A DNA stretch of 64,000 nt from Alphaproteobacteria bacterium (GTDB taxonomy: Bacteria; Pseudomonadota; Alphaproteobacteria; JAUHZC01), in NCBI GenBank assembly GCA_023898725.1, contig CP060236.1:342804-406803 (forward strand). The letters run 5' to 3'. The notes beneath the pieces are model-generated. The model was given only the letters and a program-made list of their open reading frames with translations. It had not been told where the DNA came from and did not search any database. The position numbers were made by a program, and so were the translations under genes. Positions 37,558 through 46,574 of the stretch are shown piece by piece (positions within the stretch are counted from its first letter, which is position 1; the number at the start of each line of letters is the position of its first letter).

Positions 37558-39381
37558 CTAATTAAACATAAGGCCTAGGCTCTTCCAAAAAGGAAGAGAT
37601 AGGTATATTGCCGCAATACGTCCTATATTCATAAGCGCATTAAATAGAAGGAAAGAACTCTCTTTATACGGAAGCGCTTTTGAAAATGATTCTGTAAACT
37701 TTGTGTAGAAAGGAGATTGATACGGAAACCACCAAATATCAGCTGACATCAGCAAAACAAAACCAAGAACCCACAAACTCAAACCGAATGATTCCGAAAC
37801 AGGAACCATGATAGCCGAAAGAAGAGCAATTGCCGGTCCAATAGGAAGAATAAGCCGCACGACAACCATTATTCCCACAAGCACCATAATAAGCTTCCCA
37901 AGATCCTGCTCAGAAATAAAGGCCTTAAGCAGGGGAAGAATGTAAGAGAGAAACATATTATCCACACCAAGGAACTGCATACATTTATTGATGCCGATGA
38001 TCGTTGCCAGAAATACGAGAAAAGACCAATCCGTATCTTTTTGCCATTTCTCTGTACCAATAAGATTCATGGAGAGAATAGCAAAAAGAAGGAAGAGACT
38101 GACCCACTCAATAGGGATACGATGATACTGGGTAGTAAAAAGCGATATAACAAAAAAGATCACACATCCCAAAGCCATTACTTCTTGTGATGACATAGAA
38201 GCACGGGCTTTGATCTGAAGATCAATCATTGGCTTTGACACGTTAATTTTTGTGCGCGTCGCAAAGAAAATTGAGGAGGTTACAAGGTAGAAAACACTCA
38301 GTACCCCCCCTACGACACCCGCACTATAAAACCAACCAATGGTTATAATGTTTTGCTGCTCTTGAAGAGGCAGCAAACCAAATACAACAAAGTTCATAAC
38401 GGATCCTGTGAAAAACACACTACTCAGTATTGTTATGCCAAAAAAGATAGATGCACTAATTTTTGTACTCAAAGTCGTTCCATGAGGAATTCCCAGAATG
38501 TCAAGAGTCTCCTCAACCATCGGAGCTCCCACTTTTGCACGGTTGACTATTGAAGGAATAGCAGGCGTCATGAGGCCCCCAAGAAAAAAAAGCGCAACGT
38601 TATAAAATCCAGATCCTGATGGCAGATACCGAATCAGATAAAGCAAAATTCGTTGGATTAATCCTGATTGGATCAAAAGAAGCCCAATTCCCCACAGCGA
38701 CATCACAAGAATGAAAGGACTTGAAGAAAATCCCGCCAGCACCTCAGCGGGAGGAACAAGCCCCAGAATAAGTGATGCCGCAATAATGATGAGTCCTGGT
38801 ATTGACTCGTGGAAAGTACCAAATACCCAAAAAATAACGCCTGACGACAAAATACTTATGAACAAACGTGTTTCACTAGCAATACCATCATCAAGAAGAG
38901 CATGAATAAAAACAGGCACAATAAAGGCAAATACCCAGCTAATAAGGGCGGAAATTTTTGTTCCCTCATCAACAACAGGCACTGTTTCAATTACTGATTT
39001 TGTCTGCGTAAACGATGAAAATAGAATACTTGAGATATCTTCGTTGTGAGCTTTGATTTTATCAAGAGCACTCACAGGAATGCGAATAATCGTTGATTCC
39101 TCTTTTGCAAGCGCATCTGAACCAAAAAATCGGGATTTGAAATAAGACTCTTCCCCAAAAAATGTTCCCTTATCACATAGCTCCTCTTTGCCATCAATTT
39201 TTATACTGCCTGAGCAGACAAAGTAAATCGCATCCGCCTCTTGTTTCGCTAAGTATACTTTTTTCCCTTTTGCAACAGAAATGACCTCAAGTAAGGGTAT
39301 AATTCGCGCCTTTACCATTGCGGGAAGATCTTTAAATAGTCGATGACTTTTAACAACGTGCAGAATTTCGTTCATATACAT
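37558..39381 (-). CDS. Cyclic-nucleotide-binding domain fused to an SLC13/ArsB-NhaD-type anion permease
   Basis: N-terminal cNMP-binding-like fold of about 125 aa (LFKDLP...GKKVYLAKQEADAIYFVCSGSIKI...GTFFGEESYF...IIRIP), followed by about 12 TM segments with permease-like repeats. Confidence 0.7.
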   Translation of the reverse strand: MYMNEILHVVKSHRLFKDLPAMVKARIIPLLEVISVAKGKKVYLAKQEADAIYFVCSGSIKIDGKEELCDKGTFFGEESYFKSRFFGSDALAKEESTIIRIPVSALDKIKAHNEDISSILFSSFTQTKSVIETVPVVDEGTKISALISWVFAFIVPVFIHALLDDGIASETRLFISILSSGVIFWVFGTFHESIPGLIIIAASLILGLVPPAEVLAGFSSSPFILVMSLWGIGLLLIQSGLIQRILLYLIRYLPSGSGFYNVALFFLGGLMTPAIPSIVNRAKVGAPMVEETLDILGIPHGTTLSTKISASIFFGITILSSVFFTGSVMNFVVFGLLPLQEQQNIITIGWFYSAGVVGGVLSVFYLVTSSIFFATRTKINVSKPMIDLQIKARASMSSQEVMALGCVIFFVISLFTTQYHRIPIEWVSLFLLFAILSMNLIGTEKWQKDTDWSFLVFLATIIGINKCMQFLGVDNMFLSYILPLLKAFISEQDLGKLIMVLVGIMVVVRLILPIGPAIALLSAIMVPVSESFGLSLWVLGFVLLMSADIWWFPYQSPFYTKFTESFSKALPYKESSFLLFNALMNIGRIAAIYLSLPFWKSLGLMFN

Positions 39382-39398
39382 ACCGCCCTAAATTACAT

Positions 39399-39422
39399 AT
39401 GTGATAAAATCATACATCACAT
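39399..39422. promoter_or_regulatory. 7-bp perfect inverted repeat ATGTGAT-N10-ATCACAT (TGTGA/TCACA half-sites) in the divergent promoter region
   Basis: Direct read: catATGTGATaaaatcatacATCACATta. It lies 18-41 nt upstream of the ATG of the cNMP-permease gene. Confidence 0.3.
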
Positions 39423-39489
39423 TACGATATTTGTTATTAATTTTTTATTAAATTTTAAAGGTTATGGTTAGGAACGTTTATTTTACGTT

Positions 39490-40350
39490 ATGTATATGCA
39501 CAATGAAAACCCTCATGCGGCTGAAAATCTTGCTGAGATTATAGCAAAATATAGCCTTCTCCTTATTGATTCGTGGGGCGTTTTGCAAAATGGTGATGAC
39601 ATATTACCGCCTGGTAAAATGCTTGTGGATTACATCCAAAACTACAGCGCAAACGTGGTTGTTCTGACGAACTCTCCTGAAAGAAACAGCCGTGTCCGCA
39701 CAAATATTCTTACACTTGGTCTGGACATCTCTCCCGATATTGCTGTTATTTCAGCAGGAGAGATTGCCTATCAAGACATGTACGCACATAAAAAGTACCG
39801 GGGTAAAAAGGCTTACATCATTGATTATGATAACTATAGCCCCTATTTTGAGGGATTACCCCTGGTGTTTGTTAACCGCATTGAGGAAGCTGAACTTTTA
39901 ATTGTACGCAGTATAAATCCTGATATTTCCAAAGTGAGCTCATACGCCGACACCATCCAGAAAGCCTGTGCGCAGGGAATTCCCATTGTGATTATAAACC
40001 CCGATGAAGCTGTTCAAAGTGGCACACAAACATTCGCGCGGCCGGGATCTATACTTCCATACTGCACCACAAATACAGATATTCTTTATTATGGGAAACC
40101 CTGGCCTCGCATATATTCACACATTGAAGTCATAAATCCTACAATAGAGCCATCAAAAATACTGGTTATTGGAGATTCACTTTATACGGATGTGTTAGGT
40201 GCAAATCTGAATGGGTACGACTCTCTTCACCTAATCCCTATCAATCATAGTGGTCATGATGTAAACACAGGAATTTTTGACTATATGTCCGAAGACATAC
40301 GGAACAATCGATCCACATTATTAACCCCCACATATACCGTACGTTACTGA
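39490..40350 (+). CDS. HAD-superfamily hydrolase, subfamily IIA-like
   Basis: LLLIDSWGVLQNG (DxxG motif I), VVLTNSP (motif II) and a C-terminal VIGDSLYTDVLGA (motif IV). Confidence 0.7.
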   Translation: MYMHNENPHAAENLAEIIAKYSLLLIDSWGVLQNGDDILPPGKMLVDYIQNYSANVVVLTNSPERNSRVRTNILTLGLDISPDIAVISAGEIAYQDMYAHKKYRGKKAYIIDYDNYSPYFEGLPLVFVNRIEEAELLIVRSINPDISKVSSYADTIQKACAQGIPIVIINPDEAVQSGTQTFARPGSILPYCTTNTDILYYGKPWPRIYSHIEVINPTIEPSKILVIGDSLYTDVLGANLNGYDSLHLIPINHSGHDVNTGIFDYMSEDIRNNRSTLLTPTYTVRY

Positions 40351-41687
40351 GGCAAAGAAGAAGTCTCCTGTTTCCATTGATAGGAGCTCTTTTTTGTTTG
40401 GCGTGCCCAAACGTAAAAAGGCACCCCCATCAACGTGAAAAGGGTTCCCGAAAAAACGATATCCCTGCCATTCCCATAAATAGCCCCTAGCGCATATAAA
40501 AAAGCCCCAGCTGAAATAAGGCTTGCACGAAAAATCTCTCGTTTTCGGGCATTTTTACGGGATTCTATCAGTAAAATAACATCTGCAACACTGGTGTAAA
40601 GATAAGGAAGAAGCACTGTAAATGTAGTGAGGTTAACAATGAACGTGAACTGACTCACAAAATCCAAGGTGTAGTTTACGCTCAAAAGAATACTTGCCAG
40701 CGTACTGGACAAAACAAGGCTAAACCATGGAACCCCTTGCCCATTTTTAGTTGCAAAAATTTGGGGCAAAAGATTTTCTTGCGCAGCTGCCATGGGGATT
40801 TGCCCCTGCAGAAGAATCCACCCATTCAGTGTTGCAAAGGCAGCAAAAGCACCAAACCCCGCCACAATCAATCCCATGTTTTGTCCATAAAGCTGTTCTG
40901 CAATCTGCGCAAAAGGAGCCTGCGCTTGGGCAAGAGCGTCCGCCCCCAGAATACCAAGGGCAACAATGTTAATCCAAATATAAATTACAGCCGCAAGAAG
41001 TGTTCCAAAGATTGTTGCACGGGAGATCGTTTTTTCCGGATTTTTCACATCTTGAGCAGGAATAGTAGCAGCCTCAAGCCCCATAAACGAGAAAAGTGTT
41101 AATGAAATTCCATGTGAGATAACATAGAGAAAATCCTTCCCTGGAGCCGGCGTCAACGGAAAAATATTGGACGATTTAATCTCAGGCAAACCAACAATTG
41201 CAATAAACCCCAGCGGTGTTAGCTTCAGCAGTGTGATAAAGATTTGAACACGTCCAAATGTTTGCGTCCCACGCAAATTAAGGACTGTGAGTATCCAAAT
41301 AGCCCCCAACCCAAGCATAAGCGATACAAGTGGCTGTGTGGCTACCTGCGGATAGATAATAGACAAATAGCTAACAAACGCAATCGCAACGGCTGCATTA
41401 CTGACCCAGTTTGCTGTCCAGTACATCCACGCCATTTGAAAACCCACAAAGTCACCAAAGGCATATTGTGTATAGGCAAAAGGCCCTCCTGTTTTTGGGA
41501 AGCGCCGGGATAATCGTGCAAATACCAGCGCCAGAAATAAAGCACCAATTGTTGTGCCAAACCAGCCCAGTATGCCAGCTGTTCCCAAGGCAGCAAGAGA
41601 ACTGGGAAGCATAAGAATCCCCGTTCCTACAATATTTCCAACCACAAGTGCTGTAGTTGCCCAAATGCCAAGCGTTGGTTTTGTCAT
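40344..41687 (-). CDS. APC-superfamily amino acid/polyamine antiporter (APA family-like)
   Basis: 12 TM segments. N-terminal LGIWATTALVVGNIVGTGILMLPSSLA resembles the AdiC/PotE/ArcD-type signature. Confidence 0.8.
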   Translation of the reverse strand: MTKPTLGIWATTALVVGNIVGTGILMLPSSLAALGTAGILGWFGTTIGALFLALVFARLSRRFPKTGGPFAYTQYAFGDFVGFQMAWMYWTANWVSNAAVAIAFVSYLSIIYPQVATQPLVSLMLGLGAIWILTVLNLRGTQTFGRVQIFITLLKLTPLGFIAIVGLPEIKSSNIFPLTPAPGKDFLYVISHGISLTLFSFMGLEAATIPAQDVKNPEKTISRATIFGTLLAAVIYIWINIVALGILGADALAQAQAPFAQIAEQLYGQNMGLIVAGFGAFAAFATLNGWILLQGQIPMAAAQENLLPQIFATKNGQGVPWFSLVLSSTLASILLSVNYTLDFVSQFTFIVNLTTFTVLLPYLYTSVADVILLIESRKNARKREIFRASLISAGAFLYALGAIYGNGRDIVFSGTLFTLMGVPFYVWARQTKKSSYQWKQETSSLPQ

Positions 41688-41708
41688 AGACGTACCATTT
41701 CCTTCTTA

Positions 41709-42917
41709 TTATGTATGTTTGTCAATGTAGGGTGTGATTTGTTGTGGTTCATAGTAATGCCAAATACCCAGTGCGACAATATGCAAAAGCATCATAAAAA
41801 TAACAATTGTGAACGCACGCGCATTGTACATTTTTCCCACAATTTCTACAGCAATGGCGGGAAAAAGCAGTTCAGCTGTGGTATAAGCAGCTGAAGCATA
41901 CCCCTTAGCGTGTGTCGCCACTTCGATTGCACGTAAGCCGATATTGGGAAATAGCACTCCAAGACACGCACAAATTGGGATCATGCATGTAATAATTGTC
42001 AGCGGATGATCCGGCAATATCACTGTGACCAACACAAACGCAAAACAGCTAATAGTACTAAGGCTGAGTGTTTTTTCAATAAGTGCATCTGGTGAACGTG
42101 TGTTTGTCAAAAACCGATTGACAACGGTGCCCCCTATAAACACACACACGAGAACCAGTTGATAGTAGGGGTACTCATGCTCGGATATTTTAAAATGATC
42201 CAAAAACAAAAATGTCATACCAGAAAGAAAACTCCAATAGATACTGGACACACACCCAACAATCATGGCGTATTTCATGAAGATACGCTGGCGAAATAAC
42301 TGCCTGTAACTTTCCGTCATTCGGGAAAAACAAAAGGGTTTACGATAACGAGCATCCAGTGTTTCTGGTTGTAGCAGAAGGATAAGAATAACCAACATTG
42401 CAGCAACCGCAACACTGATAAACGTCCAATGCCAGCTCACAAATGAAACGAGGTATCCCCCAAGCACAGGTCCTAAAGCAGGAGCAGCTGCACAAACGAC
42501 ACTCATAGTTGCCCGCGCTTTAGCAAACTGTCGTCCCGAATAAATGTCTTTTTGGACAGCCACCCCCACAGGATAGGTTACCCCAGCCCCTATTCCTTGG
42601 ATAAGACGCAAGAATACAAGCATCTCAAGGGAGTTCGCATATGCACACGCAAAAGACATGAGGGCAAAAACCCCCAAACCAAGCAGAACAGTTGGCTTAC
42701 GCCCGATACTATCCGATAGCGCGCCATAAAAAGGCGCTGAAAGCGCAAGCCCTGCGAAATTGCTACTCAGAGTCAGTGCAACCATTTTCTGCGTGGAATG
42801 AAACTCAAGCATTAAACATCGCGTACTCGGCAAATAGATGTCTGTCGCAATTTCGGTAATAAAGACACTGAGAATCGTCACGCAATTGATAAATCTCGGG
42901 GTTGTAAAAAAACGCAT
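41709..42917 (-). CDS. MFS transporter (Bcr/CflA drug-efflux-like)
   Basis: 12 TM segments. TDIYLPS, GALSDSIGRKP (MFS motif A) and LRLIQGIGAG. Confidence 0.8.
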   Translation of the reverse strand: MRFFTTPRFINCVTILSVFITEIATDIYLPSTRCLMLEFHSTQKMVALTLSSNFAGLALSAPFYGALSDSIGRKPTVLLGLGVFALMSFACAYANSLEMLVFLRLIQGIGAGVTYPVGVAVQKDIYSGRQFAKARATMSVVCAAAPALGPVLGGYLVSFVSWHWTFISVAVAAMLVILILLLQPETLDARYRKPFCFSRMTESYRQLFRQRIFMKYAMIVGCVSSIYWSFLSGMTFLFLDHFKISEHEYPYYQLVLVCVFIGGTVVNRFLTNTRSPDALIEKTLSLSTISCFAFVLVTVILPDHPLTIITCMIPICACLGVLFPNIGLRAIEVATHAKGYASAAYTTAELLFPAIAVEIVGKMYNARAFTIVIFMMLLHIVALGIWHYYEPQQITPYIDKHT

Positions 42918-43037
42918 GTGTGGCAGTAACCCAATAGTTAAGGTGAAGGGAATGAAGGCGTTTAATGCAACCTTGACTCTTCTGATGAAGCATAACAGTA
43001 TGTTGCCTTACTATAACGAAATGCGAACAGAAGTTCT

Positions 43038-43994
43038 ATGGTTGTTTTTGTGTTTCCAGGACAGGGGTCTCAGAAAGTGGGTATGGGGAAAACCCTATCC
43101 GATACATTCTCTGCCGCTCGTGAAACATTTGATGAAATTGATGATGCCTTGAGTGACAATCTTTCAAAGATTTGCTTTGACGGATCTCCTGAAGATTTAC
43201 AGGCAACATCCAACACCCAGCCAGCCCTCTTCGCAGCAAGCATGGCTATCTTGGCTGTTCTTGAAAAACACTACGGGTTTTGCCTGCACACGCATGTGCA
43301 CGCACTCGCGGGACACTCGTTGGGGGAGTACACTGCCCTTGCAGCAGCTGGCTGTTTTAGTGTGCGCGATGGTGCCAAACTTCTACGTACGCGCGGAAAG
43401 GCAATGGAAAAAGCTGTTCCAGGAGGAAAAGGAACGATGGCTGCCATTCTTGGTCTTGATTACAAGGCGATCACAGAAATTTGTGATCAAGGACAATCCG
43501 AAGGTACATGTGTACTTGCTAATGACAACTGTGTGGGACAAGTGGTGATCTCTGGTGAAACGGCAGCAATTGCCTATGCCACAACGATAGCCCTGGAAAG
43601 AGGGGCTAAACGTGTCATTCCCCTGAATGTTAGTGGGCCTTTTCACAGTCCTCTCATGCAACCTGCTGCAGAGACTATGGCACGTGCGCTTGAGGGTGTT
43701 ACCCTTTCCACACCCCGCATACCAGTGATTGCTAATGTTAGCGCTAAACCCATTGAAAAACCTGATGATATACGCATAAATCTGGTCAAGCAGCTAACAG
43801 GGACCGTACGCTGGAGAGAGTCTATGGAATACATATGCACCAACTATAAGCACACTGATTGCACCTCTATGGTTGTTGAGTTGGGCGCAGGTCGGGTACT
43901 AACTGGCTTAATGGGACGTATCAATAAAGAAATTATGGCGTGTAGTTTGGAAACACCCAGTGATCTTGACACATTTATGAAAAATATTACATAA
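43038..43994 (+). CDS. fabD: Malonyl-CoA:ACP transacylase
   Basis: FVFPGQGSQ and the active-site GHSLGEYTAL. First gene of fabD-fabG-acpP-fabF. Confidence 0.93.
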   Translation: MVVFVFPGQGSQKVGMGKTLSDTFSAARETFDEIDDALSDNLSKICFDGSPEDLQATSNTQPALFAASMAILAVLEKHYGFCLHTHVHALAGHSLGEYTALAAAGCFSVRDGAKLLRTRGKAMEKAVPGGKGTMAAILGLDYKAITEICDQGQSEGTCVLANDNCVGQVVISGETAAIAYATTIALERGAKRVIPLNVSGPFHSPLMQPAAETMARALEGVTLSTPRIPVIANVSAKPIEKPDDIRINLVKQLTGTVRWRESMEYICTNYKHTDCTSMVVELGAGRVLTGLMGRINKEIMACSLETPSDLDTFMKNIT

Positions 43995-44017
43995 AACTAG
44001 GTATAAAGGATATAATA

Positions 44018-44755
44018 ATGTTTGATTTAAAGGGAAAACGGGCACTTGTAACAGGGGCCACCGGAAACATTGGGTCAGCCATCGCACGCACTCTTCACAA
44101 CCAGGGCGCCCATGTGGTGATTTCTGGTACACGCGACGAAAAACTGGATACCCTTGCGAGGGAATTAGGATCACGAACCACAGTCATATCATGCGATTTA
44201 AGTGATCGCTCTGCTGTCACAGCACTGATACCATCAGCCATAGAAGCCATGAGTGGTCTCGACATTGTCGTAAATAACGCAGGGATCACACGTGACATGT
44301 TGGCCATGCGCATGAAAGACGAAGACTGGGACACCGTCATCAATGTCAACTTGAGTGCCGCTTTTGTTATTTCTCGCGAAGCCATCAAAACGTTAATGCG
44401 CAATCGGTGGGGGCGAATTATTAATATTGCATCTATTGTCGGTGTCATGGGTAATCCTGGGCAAGCCAACTACTGTGCATCGAAAGCGGGGCTTATAGGA
44501 ATGACAAAGGCGTTGGCCCAGGAAGTCGCCGTACGCGGGGTTACCTTAAATTGTGTTGCTCCCGGCTTCATTGAAAGCGACATGACAGCAAAACTAAACG
44601 ACACACAAAAAGGCGCTATCATGGGTAAAATACCTGCAGGGTCCATAGGAAGCCCTGATGATGTGGCAGCGGCGGTTGCTTTTTTAGCAAGTAACGAAGC
44701 AAAATACATTACCGGACAAACGCTTCACATCAATGGTGGTATGGCGATGGTTTAG
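44018..44755 (+). CDS. fabG: 3-oxoacyl-ACP reductase
   Basis: SDR motifs VTGATGNIGSAI, NNAG and YCASKAG. 245 aa. Confidence 0.93.
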   Translation: MFDLKGKRALVTGATGNIGSAIARTLHNQGAHVVISGTRDEKLDTLARELGSRTTVISCDLSDRSAVTALIPSAIEAMSGLDIVVNNAGITRDMLAMRMKDEDWDTVINVNLSAAFVISREAIKTLMRNRWGRIINIASIVGVMGNPGQANYCASKAGLIGMTKALAQEVAVRGVTLNCVAPGFIESDMTAKLNDTQKGAIMGKIPAGSIGSPDDVAAAVAFLASNEAKYITGQTLHINGGMAMV

Positions 44756-44886
44756 TAGTCTTATTGTTGGGCACTATTTTTCCATACTGGTGTTTCGAAT
44801 TGAAGTATGATAGGAAACAAACACAGGCTCATCAAGCCATACACTGTAACTCTCGTTGATGATACGAACATAAGGAAAGATTTATC

Positions 44887-45126
44887 ATGGCAGATATCAC
44901 AAAAAAAGTAACTGAAGTTATTGCAAAAACCCTTGAGGTTGACTTTGATAAGGTCACAGCTGAGTCCCATTTCGTCAATGATTTTAATGCTGATAGTCTT
45001 CAACAAATTGAACTTGTCATGGCTCTTGAAAACGAGTTTGGTATCCAAATTCCCGAAGAAGAAGCAAACAATATTCAAACAGTTCAAGACGCGATTGATC
45101 GCGTTATGAAAATTAACACAGCCTAG
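44887..45126 (+). CDS. acpP: Acyl carrier protein
   Basis: 79 aa. Phosphopantetheine site DFNADSLQQIELVMALE (DSL). Confidence 0.93.
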   Translation: MADITKKVTEVIAKTLEVDFDKVTAESHFVNDFNADSLQQIELVMALENEFGIQIPEEEANNIQTVQDAIDRVMKINTA

Positions 45127-45138
45127 TAGTCTGTTTTT

Positions 45139-46413
45139 ATGCGTCGGGTTGTTGTTACGGGTCTAGGGGCCGTTACTCCTTTGGGGGGGACCATTTCTGC
45201 GTCCTGGGATTCCTTGATTGCCGGAAAATCCGGCATTCGTACAGTTACAGAATTTCCTGTAGATGATCTTCCCTGCCACATTGCCGGTATGGTTCCCCAC
45301 GGAGACTCTGCCATAGGGTTGTTTAATCCTGATGATTGGATGACAGCAGGAGAACGCAAACGCACAGATCCCTTTATCGTTTACGCCATCGCAGCCGCAA
45401 CGCAAGCCATTGAAGACTCTGGATGGAAACCAACAGACACGCAACAATGCGAGCGCACAGGGGTGTTGATTGGATCTGGAATAGGGGGATTGCAACGACT
45501 TTATGATACCTCTGTGGATCTTCATGAAAAAGGCCCCCGATACGTTAGTCCGTTTTTTCTCCCTGCGATCTTAATTAATTTGGCATCGGGTCAAGTTTCT
45601 ATTAAGTACGGTTTTAAGGGCCCCAACCACGCGGTGGGGACGGCATGTGCGACAGGCACCCATGCTATCGGTGATGCCGCACGGCTCATTGCTTATGGCG
45701 ATGCCGACGTCATGGTCGCCGGTGGAGCAGAAGCAGCCGTATGCCGCATTGGACTAGCAGGATTTTCTGCATGCCGTGCCCTCAGTACCACATACAATAA
45801 TACCCCGACAGAAGCATCTCGTCCGTGGGATAAAGGGCGCGATGGTTTTGTGATGGGAGAAGGTGCAGGCATTCTTGTTCTCGAAGAATATGACCATGCC
45901 AAAAAGCGGGGAGCAAAAATTTATGGCGAAGTTGTTGGTTATGGGTTGTCCGGTGACGCTCACCACATTACAGCACCCGCTTCCGATGGAGACGGTGGAT
46001 ACCGTGCAATGAAAGCAGCCCTTAAGAGTATCAAGAACCATACAGCCCTCCCGGCACAAGACATTGACTATATTAATGCACATGGGACATCCACCCCTTT
46101 AGGGGATGTTATCGAAGCCCTTGCCATTACGCGCCTGTTAGGGGCTTCGGCCCCTCAGACGTCTATCTCATCCACCAAGTCCGCCGTGGGTCATTTATTA
46201 GGGGGAGCAGGTGGCGTTGAAGCCGTATTCACAGTCATGGCACTTTATACCAATGTATGCCCTCCAACGCTTAACTTGCACACCCCTGCTGATGAATGTG
46301 CTCACCTGGATCTCACCCCACACACTGCTAAAGACAGGGGTATTTCTCTTGCGATGTCAAACTCATTTGGGTTTGGCGGCACTAATGCCTCCCTCGTATT
46401 TGCTAAGGTATAA
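45139..46413 (+). CDS. fabF: 3-oxoacyl-ACP synthase II
   Basis: RRVVVTGLG, active-site Cys in GTACATGTHAIGDA, INAHGTSTP and NSFGFGGTNASLVF. Confidence 0.93.
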   Translation: MRRVVVTGLGAVTPLGGTISASWDSLIAGKSGIRTVTEFPVDDLPCHIAGMVPHGDSAIGLFNPDDWMTAGERKRTDPFIVYAIAAATQAIEDSGWKPTDTQQCERTGVLIGSGIGGLQRLYDTSVDLHEKGPRYVSPFFLPAILINLASGQVSIKYGFKGPNHAVGTACATGTHAIGDAARLIAYGDADVMVAGGAEAAVCRIGLAGFSACRALSTTYNNTPTEASRPWDKGRDGFVMGEGAGILVLEEYDHAKKRGAKIYGEVVGYGLSGDAHHITAPASDGDGGYRAMKAALKSIKNHTALPAQDIDYINAHGTSTPLGDVIEALAITRLLGASAPQTSISSTKSAVGHLLGGAGGVEAVFTVMALYTNVCPPTLNLHTPADECAHLDLTPHTAKDRGISLAMSNSFGFGGTNASLVFAKV

Positions 46414-46574
46414 TTTTTTCCTTCTTCAGAGTTTTTTGTGAGCAACCCCTACGCTGTATTTATTGCAAAAAGCTAATGATCTTCTTGGAATCCCTCTTGA
46501 AGACCCTGTATTCCCTGTCGGTTTTCTGGTCGTCTTCCTTAGGAAAATCCTGCGACCCGACAGCCTTTGCTTTC

